From Lachnospiraceae bacterium (lineage in GTDB: Bacteria > Bacillota > Clostridia > Lachnospirales > Lachnospiraceae): a DNA stretch of 64,000 bases. Every line of letters begins with the position of its first letter. Within the stretch, counting starts at the first letter, position 1. Location of the stretch: contig JBGVOM010000216.1 in assembly GCA_045126515.1 (NCBI GenBank), positions 2,187 through 66,186 of the forward strand, given 5' to 3'. Below the pieces are notes generated by a model. That model was not told where the DNA came from and searched no databases. It was given only the letters and a program-made list of their open reading frames with translations. The translations under genes were made by a program, and so were the position numbers. Positions 38,263 through 48,402 of the stretch are shown piece by piece.

Positions 38263-38300
38263 CAATATTATAATAACATATATTCATAGGTAAATGCAAG
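38263..38300 (-). promoter_or_regulatory. tracrRNA promoter TTGCAT-18-TATTAT(AAT)
   Basis: The reverse complement of 38267-38300 reads cttgcatttacctatgaatatatgttattataat. The predicted start falls at the anti-repeat. Confidence 0.5.
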
Positions 38301-38338
38301 AGAAAAAATCATACAGAGATAAGAATAGGGGGATAAAA

Positions 38339-41300
38339 ATGGGTAAAAAAATGTATGTGGGAATCGATATGGGAACAAATTCAGTGGGGATGGCAGTAAC
38401 GGATGAAACCTATAATTTGTATAGGGTAAAAGGGAAGGACTTTTGGTGTTCAAGAGTATTTGGAGAAGCTAATACTGCGGTTGAGAGAAGAACTAATCGA
38501 ATATCGAGAAGAAGACGGCAGAGGGAAATGGCTAGACAGGGTGTTTTACGTGAACTGTTTTCAGACGAAATAAATAAGGTGGACGAAGGATTTTTTTCAA
38601 GACTTGATGAGTCAAAGTACCATATGGAGGATAGGGATAATCAGCAACCATATGCTTTGTTTGCAGATAGTGGGTATACGGATAAAAATTATTTTAACGA
38701 TTATCCTACAATATTTCATTTACGTAATGAATTGCTTCATCCTAAAAGGGATGCATATGATGTGCGATTAGTATATTTGGCTATTGCAAATATGTTTAAG
38801 CATAGGGGAAACTTTCTGAATGAGACACTTGAGGTGGAAAAAATAACGTCTAGTGCAGAAGAGGTATATCAGCTTCTTGTAGAAGCGGCTATGATGTATT
38901 CTATAGAATTGCCGGTAAGTATAGACGCGGAAAAACTAGTGAATATCATTGGAGAAAAAGGTGTTTCTAGAAGTAAACACTTAGAAAATGTTAGCGAATA
39001 TCTTGGTGTGTCTAAAAAATGCAAGCAAGCATACGAGATACTAAAGATGGTTTGTGGTATGAGTGGAATCCTTTTTAATATATATGGTGAAGATGTAATT
39101 GATGAGGAAAACAAAAAGTTTAGTTTGAATTTTAGAGATAGTAACTATGAGGAGAAAGAAGCTCAAGCATTAGAATTTTTAGGTGATGATTATTTTGAGT
39201 TGTTAGAGGTGATAAAAGAGCTTCACGATATTGGTATGCTTTCAAGTATTATAAAGGGGCACAAATATCTTTCTGAGTCTAGAGTAGAGCTTTATGAGGA
39301 ACATAAGAAGGATCTTGATATGCTTCAAGGTGTTATGAAAAAGTATGATATGAAAGCCTATGATGAGATGTTCAGAGTTATGAAAGAGGGCAATTACAGT
39401 GCTTATGTAGGTAGCGTTAATGCACTTGGTAAAAAGATAAGAAGAAACGGAGGAAAGGGTAGGTCACAGGAAGATTTTTACAAAGGTGTAAAAGCGGCAC
39501 TCAAGAATTTCCCAGAGAATGATGAAGATGTAAAAGTTATACTAGCTAAGATAGAAAACGAAACATTTATGCCAAAACAGCTGACAGCTTCTAATGGTGT
39601 TATTCCGAATCAGTTACATGCATCTGAAATGAAAGCTATACTTACAAATGCGGAAAAGTACTTGCCTTTTTTACTTGATAAAGATGAATCAGGTCTTACT
39701 GTTTCTCAAAGGATAGTGGAGTTATTTACATTCCACATACCTTATTATGTTGGTCCAATAGGTGCTAGCGGCGATAATGTATGGGCAAGAAGAAGACCGG
39801 GAGAGGAAAAGGGAAAAGTCTATCCATGGAATTTCGAACAAAAAATAGACACGCAGGGTGCAGCAGAAGAATTTATAGGCAGAATGGTTAGGCATTGTAC
39901 ATATCTTACAGGTGAGCGTACATTGCCAAAGCAGTCACTTCTATATGAAAAGTTTATGGTGTTAAACGAATTAAATAATCTTAAAATAAATGGAGCAAAG
40001 CTAGAGGTATCTGTAAAACAGGGAATCTACGATAATCTTTTTAGAAATGGAAAAAAGGTTACGATAAATATGCTAAAAGCTTATTTATACAATAATTCTA
40101 TCATAGCATCAAAGGATGATATTGTAATTACTGGTATTGATGCTGGATTTAATGCGTCATTAACTTCAGTTGGCAAGTTTAGAGGAGTATTAGGAGATGA
40201 CCTGTTTACTGATGAAAATCAGGCAATGGTAGAAAAAATTATATTTTGGGGAACTGTGTATGGTAATGATAAGAAGTTCTTAAAAGAGAGAATAGAAACT
40301 GAGTATAAAGGAAGATTAACGATTGAACAGATAAAACGTATTGTCGGGTTCAAATTTAATGGTTGGGGAAAATTGTCTAAGACCTTTTTGGAGCTTCCTG
40401 GCAATTGCGAATGTGGTGAGTGTTCAATTATACAAGCACTTTGGGAAACAAACCATAATCTTATGGAGCTTTTATCGGAACAATATGGTTTTAAGAAAAA
40501 TCTGGATGCAATGTCAAATGATGTGGAAAAGCCACTTCGTGATTGGACAATAGAAGATTTGGATGGAAAATACTTATCTGCCCCTGTAAAGCGTATGATA
40601 TGGCAGACAATGAAGATGTTAAGAGAGGTTTGTGAATTAACAGGGAAAGAACCGGATAAAGTATTCGTTGAGATGCCGAGAGAACGTGAGAAAAATCCTA
40701 TACGTAAAGATTCTAGAAAGAAGAAATTGATTGAATTATATTCAGCGCTTAAGAGTGAACAAAAGTCATGGGCTGAGCTAAAGATAAGAGAAATTGAAGG
40801 AAAGAGTGAGGCAGACTTTAGAATAAAGAAGTTGTATCTATATTATTTACAACAAGGGAAGTGTATGTATAGTGGTGAAAAAATAGAATTGAGTGACCTT
40901 GTTAATAATAACCTTTATGATATAGACCATATATATCCAAGACACTTTATAAAAGACGACAGTATGGAGAATAATCTGGTGCTTGTGAAAAAGGAAATTA
41001 ATAATCACAAAAGTGATACTTTTCCATTAGAAAAAGGTATACAGAGGAATATGGCAGGATTCTGGAAAACATTATGTGAACGAGGATTTATTACAAAAGA
41101 AAAGTATAACAGACTGACGCGTACGGAAGCCTTTACTGACGAAGAAAAAGCTGCGTTTATTAGCAGACAGTTAGTAGAGACGCGGCAGGGAACGAAAGCT
41201 ATAACGCAGGTTTTGAAACAAGCGTTTCCGAACACACAGGTTATATTTGTAAAGGCTGGTATTGTGAGTGATTTTAGAAAGAAATTCGAAATAAACAAGG

Positions 41301-42445
41301 TAAGAGCATTGAATGATACTCATCATGCAAAAGATGCATACCTGAATATAGTTGTGGGAAATACATATTATACGAAGTTTACCAGTAATCCAATCAATTT
41401 TATAAAAGATGCAACAAAGAATCCTAAGGACGATTTCTTTAAGTACAATATGGATAAAATATTTGATTATAATGTAAGCAGAAATGGGGAAAATGCATGG
41501 GTGGCTGATAATGGAATATCAAAGAAACAGGTTCTTAGCGTGGTCAATAGAAATACTGTGACAATAACCAGAAAGACAGAAGAGTATCATGGTGCATTGT
41601 CTAATAAAGCGACAGTTTGGGGGAAAGATAAAGCTAAGGGAAATCCAGAGGCTTATATGCCAGTTAAATCCAAGGATGCTAAGGCTCAGGACGTTACAAA
41701 GTATGGAGGTATTACATCAATAGCAAATTCTGGATATACACTTATAGAGTACACAATTAAAGGAAAGAAAGTAAGAAGTCTGGAGGCTTTACCTGTATAT
41801 TTGGGAAAAAGTAATACTCTGACAAAGGAGAAAATCTTAGTTTATATGTCAGAGGCTCTTCGTAAGGAGTATGTGGGTAAAGAGGTCTCAGATTTAAGAG
41901 TATGTGTACCATTTATTCCTCAAAAGTCAAAGGTTAGGATAGACGGCTTTGATTACTATTTGGGTGGAAAAACAGGAAATTCTATTTATTTAAATAATGA
42001 TGTGCCACTTTATCTATCATATGGTGATGAAGAATACTTGAGAAAGATAATAAAAGCGATAGAAAAAGCGAATTATGAAGAAAGGGATAAGGGGGGCAAT
42101 GTGATTATTACAAAAGAAAAGAATAATGCACTTTTTAAGACGTTAGAATTAAAGCTTAATAGTAAGCCGTATAATAATAACAGATGGAATATATATAAGA
42201 CGATGGAAGGAAAAGAAGATGTATTCAAAGAGTTAGATATTGAGGAACAGTGTTTTGTTATAAATCAGATTATATATTGGATTAATTCGACTACTCAGAA
42301 TGTTAATCTGAAGAATTTGAAAGGTAGTGAGCATGCAGGAACATTGGTTTTGAATAAAAAAATATCAGAGTGTAATGAATTTACTCTTATTCATCAGTCG
42401 ATAACAGGTATGTATGAAAGAAAAATAGACCTGTTAGCGATATGA
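38339..42445 (+). CDS. cas9: Cas9 (type II-A), 1368 aa
   Basis: RuvC-I MYVGIDMGTNSVGMAV. Arg-rich bridge helix RRTNRISRRRRQRE. HNH DIDHIYPRHF...NNHKSD. RuvC-III HHAKDAYL. ATG 38339 follows GGGGGAT. Confidence 0.95.
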   Translation: MGKKMYVGIDMGTNSVGMAVTDETYNLYRVKGKDFWCSRVFGEANTAVERRTNRISRRRRQREMARQGVLRELFSDEINKVDEGFFSRLDESKYHMEDRDNQQPYALFADSGYTDKNYFNDYPTIFHLRNELLHPKRDAYDVRLVYLAIANMFKHRGNFLNETLEVEKITSSAEEVYQLLVEAAMMYSIELPVSIDAEKLVNIIGEKGVSRSKHLENVSEYLGVSKKCKQAYEILKMVCGMSGILFNIYGEDVIDEENKKFSLNFRDSNYEEKEAQALEFLGDDYFELLEVIKELHDIGMLSSIIKGHKYLSESRVELYEEHKKDLDMLQGVMKKYDMKAYDEMFRVMKEGNYSAYVGSVNALGKKIRRNGGKGRSQEDFYKGVKAALKNFPENDEDVKVILAKIENETFMPKQLTASNGVIPNQLHASEMKAILTNAEKYLPFLLDKDESGLTVSQRIVELFTFHIPYYVGPIGASGDNVWARRRPGEEKGKVYPWNFEQKIDTQGAAEEFIGRMVRHCTYLTGERTLPKQSLLYEKFMVLNELNNLKINGAKLEVSVKQGIYDNLFRNGKKVTINMLKAYLYNNSIIASKDDIVITGIDAGFNASLTSVGKFRGVLGDDLFTDENQAMVEKIIFWGTVYGNDKKFLKERIETEYKGRLTIEQIKRIVGFKFNGWGKLSKTFLELPGNCECGECSIIQALWETNHNLMELLSEQYGFKKNLDAMSNDVEKPLRDWTIEDLDGKYLSAPVKRMIWQTMKMLREVCELTGKEPDKVFVEMPREREKNPIRKDSRKKKLIELYSALKSEQKSWAELKIREIEGKSEADFRIKKLYLYYLQQGKCMYSGEKIELSDLVNNNLYDIDHIYPRHFIKDDSMENNLVLVKKEINNHKSDTFPLEKGIQRNMAGFWKTLCERGFITKEKYNRLTRTEAFTDEEKAAFISRQLVETRQGTKAITQVLKQAFPNTQVIFVKAGIVSDFRKKFEINKVRALNDTHHAKDAYLNIVVGNTYYTKFTSNPINFIKDATKNPKDDFFKYNMDKIFDYNVSRNGENAWVADNGISKKQVLSVVNRNTVTITRKTEEYHGALSNKATVWGKDKAKGNPEAYMPVKSKDAKAQDVTKYGGITSIANSGYTLIEYTIKGKKVRSLEALPVYLGKSNTLTKEKILVYMSEALRKEYVGKEVSDLRVCVPFIPQKSKVRIDGFDYYLGGKTGNSIYLNNDVPLYLSYGDEEYLRKIIKAIEKANYEERDKGGNVIITKEKNNALFKTLELKLNSKPYNNNRWNIYKTMEGKEDVFKELDIEEQCFVINQIIYWINSTTQNVNLKNLKGSEHAGTLVLNKKISECNEFTLIHQSITGMYERKIDLLAI

Positions 42446-43311
42446 GTTGGCGTACGATAGTGGTCTCTAAAAGTGCTAAGTTGGATTACCAGATGGGATA
42501 TATGGTAGTGCGACAGGAAGAGACGACGAAGATATTTTTAAACGAGATAAGTACAGTAATAATAGAGACCACTGCGGTCTCTATTACTGGAACATTGATG
42601 TGTGAGCTGGTAAAGAATAAAATAAAGATAGTATTTTGTGATGAAAAAAGAAATCCCTCGTCGGAGTTGGTGCCGTATTATGGCTCACATGATACCAGTG
42701 CAAAGATAAGAAATCAAATTGCGTGGAGTGATGATATAAAGGCAACTGTATGGACGGAAATCGTGACTGAAAAGATACGAAAACAAAAAGAAGTGTTAGA
42801 AACAGTTTGTAAAGACGAAGAAGCCATGCTGCTGCAAAGCTATATAGATGAGATGCAGTATGGAGATTCTACTAACAGAGAAGGTCATGCTGCAAAGGTT
42901 TATTTTAATACATTATTTGGAAAAGATTTCACGAGAACATCTGATTGTAATATCAATGCAGCTCTTAATTATGGTTATAGTATTGTGCTGTCAGCGTTTA
43001 CGAGGGAAGTAGTAGCGAACGGATATATCACACAGATAGGATTATTTCATGACAATATGTTTAATCAGTTTAATCTGGCTTCGGATTTGATGGAACCTTT
43101 TCGACCAATTGTGGATCAGGTAGTATATGATATGGAACTTCGTACATTTGAAAAAGAAGAAAAGATGAGGTTAGTAAATCTATTGAACCAATCAGTGCGT
43201 ATTAATGATAGGTCAGAATATGTGAACAATGCAATAAAGATATATTGTAAAAGTGTTTTTGATGCACTTGGTGATAAAGATATTGCTATGATTAAGTTCT
43301 ATTCGCTATAA
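42442..43311 (+). CDS. cas1: Cas1
   Basis: 289 aa. Overlaps the cas9 stop (ATGA). Typical Cas1 length and position. Confidence 0.9.
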   Translation: MSWRTIVVSKSAKLDYQMGYMVVRQEETTKIFLNEISTVIIETTAVSITGTLMCELVKNKIKIVFCDEKRNPSSELVPYYGSHDTSAKIRNQIAWSDDIKATVWTEIVTEKIRKQKEVLETVCKDEEAMLLQSYIDEMQYGDSTNREGHAAKVYFNTLFGKDFTRTSDCNINAALNYGYSIVLSAFTREVVANGYITQIGLFHDNMFNQFNLASDLMEPFRPIVDQVVYDMELRTFEKEEKMRLVNLLNQSVRINDRSEYVNNAIKIYCKSVFDALGDKDIAMIKFYSL

Positions 43312-43322
43312 GGGGAAAAGGA

Positions 43323-43643
43323 ATGAGTTACAGATTTATGAGAATACTTGTGATGTTCGATTTGCCGGTGGTTACTTCGGCGGAACGAAAAGAATATGCA
43401 AAATTTAGAAAAAATCTAATAAAATCCGGCTTTTTGATGCTGCAAGAATCGGTATATTGCAAACTGGCACCCAATTCCACGTTAGCGGATGCTGTGATAG
43501 AAAATGTGAGAAAAAACAAGCCGGAAAAGGGGTTGGTGCAAGTGTTGAAGGTGACAGAAAAGCAGTATGCAAAGATGGAATATATCGTGGGAGAAGGCCG
43601 GACAGAAGTGTTATCTTCTGATGATAGGTTGGTGATATTATGA
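43323..43643 (+). CDS. cas2: Cas2
   Basis: 106 aa beginning [16 protein letters not shown], a typical Cas2 N-terminus. Confidence 0.9.
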   Translation: MSYRFMRILVMFDLPVVTSAERKEYAKFRKNLIKSGFLMLQESVYCKLAPNSTLADAVIENVRKNKPEKGLVQVLKVTEKQYAKMEYIVGEGRTEVLSSDDRLVIL

Positions 43644-44314
43644 AGCTTGTAGAAAGAGAACTGGGACTTGATATAGAATTAAAAGAAAATGTGGTGTCAG
43701 TTATAGTGGTGGAAGATGTTGCATTAAGACTTCCTATGGTTGAAGGACTGTATTCACAGGTTATGGGAAAAGATGGTAACTGGCTGCTTGTGGAAAATGA
43801 AAAGAAATATGAATTGAGCAAGAAAGCGGAGATTATACTGGAACCATTTTCGCTAGAGCTGAATAACAAAAAAGTGAAAACGAAATTATATCAAGATATC
43901 AAAACAATTGCCCAGGATTTTTGCTTCTCACAAGGAGTAGAGGTGCATTCACATATATGTAATTATCTGGAAAGTTTGCTGGAGAGAATACCGTATCCGG
44001 TAAAATATGAGGAAGAATGGAATTTATTAGAACTTCTCAAGGCATATGGAGTGGAACTTGTGGAGGAATGTGACAGTATGTGTGAAAAGCTATTCAATTA
44101 TATCAAGCTAATTAACCATGTGTGTGGAATTGGTATATTTATAACTGTGAATATCAAACAATATCTGACTGAGAAGCAGATATTAGAGTTGTACAAACTT
44201 GCTATGTATAGTAAAATACAGTTAGTGCTGATAGAATTTAATATGTTTAATGAGAAGTTCGAGTGCGAGGAAATGTATATTTTTGATAAAGACAGTTGCA
44301 TTATAACATATTAG
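43640..44314 (+). CDS. csn2: Csn2 (type II-A signature)
   Basis: 224 aa. Coupled to cas2 (ATGA). It lies between cas2 and the array, and its size and pattern match short Csn2. Confidence 0.8.
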   Translation: MKLVERELGLDIELKENVVSVIVVEDVALRLPMVEGLYSQVMGKDGNWLLVENEKKYELSKKAEIILEPFSLELNNKKVKTKLYQDIKTIAQDFCFSQGVEVHSHICNYLESLLERIPYPVKYEEEWNLLELLKAYGVELVEECDSMCEKLFNYIKLINHVCGIGIFITVNIKQYLTEKQILELYKLAMYSKIQLVLIEFNMFNEKFECEEMYIFDKDSCIITY

Positions 44315-44427
44315 AGACAATAAAATGGCGATTTTACACCGACTTTGTGTTATATAAAGAACAATAAGGTGCTTACACATATGCCAATATGTATAGGTTC
44401 GGTGATAACCTTGAAATTGAATTTGAG

Positions 44428-46180
44428 GTTTGAGAACCTTGTAAGTGAATAAAGGTGTAAAACATAATCGAACTTTTGTTTGATAAAATATGGGTTTGAG
44501 AACCTTGTAAGTGAATAAAGGTGTAAAACTTAAAGAAAAAACAAATGGAAAACAGAGCAGTTTGAGAACCTTGTAAGTGAATAAAGGTGTAAAACAAACA
44601 TCATATTTATAATGCCTATGCTGGGGTTTGAGAACCTTGTAAGTGAATAAAGGTGTAAAACATTCTTCCACTTTTAGGAAGATAAACTGTAGTTTGAGAA
44701 CCTTGTAAGTGAATAAAGGTGTAAAACTCACTGTTATTTCCAAAATTACACCCCTTTGTTTGAGAACCTTGTAAGTGAATAAAGGTGTAAAACAATATGT
44801 CAAAACGAAAACTAGAAGTATTTGTTTGAGAACCTTGTAAGTGAATAAAGGTGTAAAACATAAGTTAGATGTAGATAACTACGACTATTGTTTGAGAACC
44901 TTGTAAGTGAATAAAGGTGTAAAACATTTCAGATGAAGGAAACCCAGCGATAGTAGTTTGAGAACCTTGTAAGTGAATAAAGGTGTAAAACTTGTTGTGG
45001 CACGCTAATTGTTGGAATAGTGTTTGAGAACCTTGTAAGTGAATAAAGGTGTAAAACCAAAGGCATAATAAAAATTAGTTGCAATAAGTTTGAGAACCTT
45101 GTAAGTGAATAAAGGTGTAAAACGGCGGGGATTCTCCGAGGGGAAAACTTTTTGTTTGAGAACCTTGTAAGTGAATAAAGGTGTAAAACTCGCTATTAAA
45201 CCAACTAAAGCAGGCAATAGTTTGAGAACCTTGTAAGTGAATAAAGGTGTAAAACCTATCATACCGATATAATCGGGCAGGACATGTTTGAGAACCTTGT
45301 AAGTGAATAAAGGTGTAAAACTACCGAGAATAGAACAAATGTTTATATTTTGTTTGAGAACCTTGTAAGTGAATAAAGGTGTAAAACTAGCAGTAATGAC
45401 ACCAAAGGGCGGTGTAGGTTTGAGAACCTTGTAAGTGAATAAAGGTGTAAAACATTAACAGAATACGAACGACTAGAAGCATTGTTTGAGAACCTTGTAA
45501 GTGAATAAAGGTGTAAAACAATGTCAGAAGGAAGTAAACTTACTCTTCCGTTTGAGAACCTTGTAAGTGAATAAAGGTGTAAAACTATATCACATCCTTT
45601 CCGTTTTCTCCACTAGTTTGAGAACCTTGTAAGTGAATAAAGGTGTAAAACTTTGTTCAGATTTTGTGCAGATTCCTTGGGGTTTGAGAACCTTGTAAGT
45701 GAATAAAGGTGTAAAACGGTGACATTCTTCATTTGCTTCTTGCGACCAGTTTGAGAACCTTGTAAGTGAATAAAGGTGTAAAACTATACCACATTGTTTT
45801 ATAAATCAACATCAGTTTGAGAACCTTGTAAGTGAATAAAGGTGTAAAACTTCCATACCACTGGCATACCGTTCCATTGGTTTGAGAACCTTGTAAGTGA
45901 ATAAAGGTGTAAAACAAATACTATACAGGAATGAGCAACTACGCAGTTTGAGAACCTTGTAAGTGAATAAAGGTGTAAAACGAATTAGCAGCACTTAAAT
46001 GGGAAGATATAGTTTGAGAACCTTGTAAGTGAATAAAGGTGTAAAACATAGGGGGAAATGATATGATTAATAGATTTAGTTTGAGAACCTTGTAAGTGAA
46101 TAAAGGTGTAAAACACATTCGCTTATGGTTAGTGCTAATCGTGCGTTTGAGAACCTTGTAAGTGAATAGTAAGCGCCAAA
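44428..46180 (+). CRISPR. CRISPR array: 27 repeats (36 bp, GTTTGAGAACCTTGTAAGTGAATAAAGGTGTAAAAC), 26 spacers of 29-31 bp; last repeat degenerate at 3' end
   Basis: Counted directly. Repeats start at 44428, 44494, 44560 and so on, with mostly 66-bp period. The final copy at 46145 is GTTTGAGAACCTTGTAAGTGAATAgtaagcgccaaa. The leader is the 113 bp after csn2. Confidence 0.97.
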
Positions 46181-46289
46181 TAATCCTGCGGTCACATACA
46201 AAATCACCCCAGTCCTTTGCGAGTTGGAGTAATTCACTATAATTCATATGCGATTTTTGATAGACTGGAGTTTCTCACCCAAAGCTAAT

Positions 46290-47177
46290 TCAAATCTCCA
46301 ACCCCGCAAAGAAATCTTCGCATCTCACAAACTCATGCTGATACCGGAGTAAAAAACCAATTATTTCCGGTGCAGCATCTTGTAATCCTTCCTGCAGTAA
46401 AGGCAGTGTCTGCGCGGTAATATACCCGGTATCAGCAACAATCTTCAGGTACCGGATATCATCCCGAAATTCCTTACAAAGCATCTCGAAAGGAACTGTA
46501 TGTTCTTGTGCCAGTGCACCTTCCGGCATATGGGAAGTCAGGTAATCACACAATATTTTTCTGGTGGAGTTCTCTAAATAGGCAGGATAGAGAAGACGTT
46601 GAAATACAAGAAAAGTTTTCTCACGTTGTCGTTGTTTCGTAAACTTTTGCGTTTGTAAATCCAAATCTTCTACACTAAACCAGCCAAGAAATACAGGCTC
46701 AAATCCGGTATTGTCCGGTGCTGAAAGAAATTGAAGTAAAACAGTATCATAGTCTGCCATCCATTCGGCGTGCTGGGTTTCATTTCCGGCACGTTCCGGG
46801 CAACACAAAGAAGGCTCATTTAACAGAGTGACGGAGGAAGCCAGAAAGTAAGGCAATCCAGAATTCTTAGAATGATCCGGTTCAATTTTAATTTCTGTCA
46901 GATTGATACAGTCCAGAAAAACATTTTTTCCCAAACGAATAGAATGAGCCGGTAAAGTAAGGGATTTCAGACTTTTCATATGGGCAAATCCCCAATCGCC
47001 GATTTCCTGAATGGTTTCCGGTAAAGTCAGATGTGTAATACTTTTACAGCTTAAAAAAGCTTTTGCTCCAATTTCAGTTACCGGAAGAGCATTTACCAGA
47101 GCAGGTATAGTTACCGTGGTTTCATTTCCCTGATAGCTTTCCAAAAAGTAATTGGTATCCTTTTTCACGAATTTCAT
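46290..47177 (-). CDS. Hypothetical protein with N-terminal leucine-rich-repeat (BspA-type) region
   Basis: 295 aa. The N-terminal LRR-like periodicity (TIPALVNALPVTEIGAKAFLSCKSITHLTLPETIQEIGDWGF) is recognisable. No signal peptide. Confidence 0.4.
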   Translation of the reverse strand: MKFVKKDTNYFLESYQGNETTVTIPALVNALPVTEIGAKAFLSCKSITHLTLPETIQEIGDWGFAHMKSLKSLTLPAHSIRLGKNVFLDCINLTEIKIEPDHSKNSGLPYFLASSVTLLNEPSLCCPERAGNETQHAEWMADYDTVLLQFLSAPDNTGFEPVFLGWFSVEDLDLQTQKFTKQRQREKTFLVFQRLLYPAYLENSTRKILCDYLTSHMPEGALAQEHTVPFEMLCKEFRDDIRYLKIVADTGYITAQTLPLLQEGLQDAAPEIIGFLLRYQHEFVRCEDFFAGLEI

Positions 47178-47203
47178 AGGAGCCTCCTATTGTGTAATCA
47201 TAG

Positions 47204-48247
47204 TTACTGGCATTTGATAGTATAAATATAGTAATCTCCGTAGATATAGTACGAATATTGAAAACTATTGATTGCATAAGATGGATATATTTTTCTTAAA
47301 TCTTTAAAAATCAGGTTACTAAGAAACTCATTATTCTCCCCAAGTTTTTTAGGAACAATTAGCTGGATATTGGATTTGTTTGTCTGGTATCCTTTTACAA
47401 AATTTTGAACAGCCTGTTCCGTGTTTTTGGATACGGTTCCTAAATTTTTAATAAATCGATTGGAACTGGTGGTGCATTTGGGATAAGCAGATTTATTCCA
47501 ATTATGAGTCTTACTCATTTGAGTGTCTGTAATTAAAAAATAACTATATCGAACATAGCCCTTTTTATCCGGAACCGGGTCATCCCAAGTGACATCAATT
47601 TGAAACCACTTGCCATTAATTTTAACCATATTCCAGGCATGTCCTCCGCCATTGGCTGTCCCGGTAACGGTTTTGCATGGAATGTTTAAGGCATCCATAA
47701 ACAGCTGAAAGGTATCAGCGTATCCTTGACATACAGCCTTTTTTTTCATCAGCACTCCCTGGGGAGAATAAGAAACCGCAGGGAGTGTTCCTTTTAAGTA
47801 ATTATTATAGTCATAAGCACAATTCAGGGCTAAATAGTCATGGATTACTTTTACTTTTTCGGCGGTAGTCATATTGACTGATATATTTTTCTTGATAATA
47901 GATTTTATTTTAGTGTCTATCTGCTTATTTCCGGAAGATGGCTGATATACCATTACTTTACATATATATTTTTTCTTTCCCAGTCTGGCAGTGATTGTAG
48001 CAGTTCCTTTTTTCTTTCCGGTAACTTTTCCCTTTGTAGTTACGGTGGCTACAGATTTTTTGGAACTGGACCATTGAATTTTCGATTTTGTACCATTTAT
48101 TTTTAAAGTGGCAGAAGAACCAACACATAAAGAGAGCTCTGAAGTGTTCAGGGTAATATTTGCAGCATTAGCAATCAGCGGATTTGTAATGGCAATAAAT
48201 AAAAAAACAGAAAGTAAAAATAATGTTATGGTTTTTGTTTTTTTCAT
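47204..48247 (-). CDS. Secreted Big_2 + transglutaminase-like cysteine protease domain protein
   Basis: Signal peptide. Big_2 segment ATLKINGTKSKIQWSSSKKSVATV. Transglutaminase core CQGYADTF...GGHAWNMV...DVTWDDP (Cys/His/Asp). Confidence 0.65.
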   Translation of the reverse strand: MKKTKTITLFLLSVFLFIAITNPLIANAANITLNTSELSLCVGSSATLKINGTKSKIQWSSSKKSVATVTTKGKVTGKKKGTATITARLGKKKYICKVMVYQPSSGNKQIDTKIKSIIKKNISVNMTTAEKVKVIHDYLALNCAYDYNNYLKGTLPAVSYSPQGVLMKKKAVCQGYADTFQLFMDALNIPCKTVTGTANGGGHAWNMVKINGKWFQIDVTWDDPVPDKKGYVRYSYFLITDTQMSKTHNWNKSAYPKCTTSSNRFIKNLGTVSKNTEQAVQNFVKGYQTNKSNIQLIVPKKLGENNEFLSNLIFKDLRKIYPSYAINSFQYSYYIYGDYYIYTIKCQ

Positions 48248-48402
48248 GTGGTTCCTCCTTGAGAAAAATGATTCATAATTTCTTTAGGTATATTATAGCG
48301 AAAAATATTGGTAATTCCAAGGTAGAAAGAATGAAAAAGTATAGTTTTTTTATCTTGTATATGATAGAATTAAGCATAAGAAAATAAAAAAGGGGAATTT
48401 CT

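Noticed and set aside
38231-38270. Plus-strand segment upstream of cas9 resembling the repeat (caccttgtaagcaat vs aaccttgtaagtgaat); first read as a degenerate orphan repeat
   Set aside because: Read on the minus strand it is an anti-repeat with a promoter, nexus and terminator, so it is better explained as tracrRNA.
44222-46247. Multiple track ORFs (for example 44222-44803, 45005-45262, 45939-46247) with repetitive FTPLFTYKVLK / FYTFIHLQGSQT peptides
   Set aside because: They are translations of the CRISPR repeats in different frames. The region is an array, not coding.
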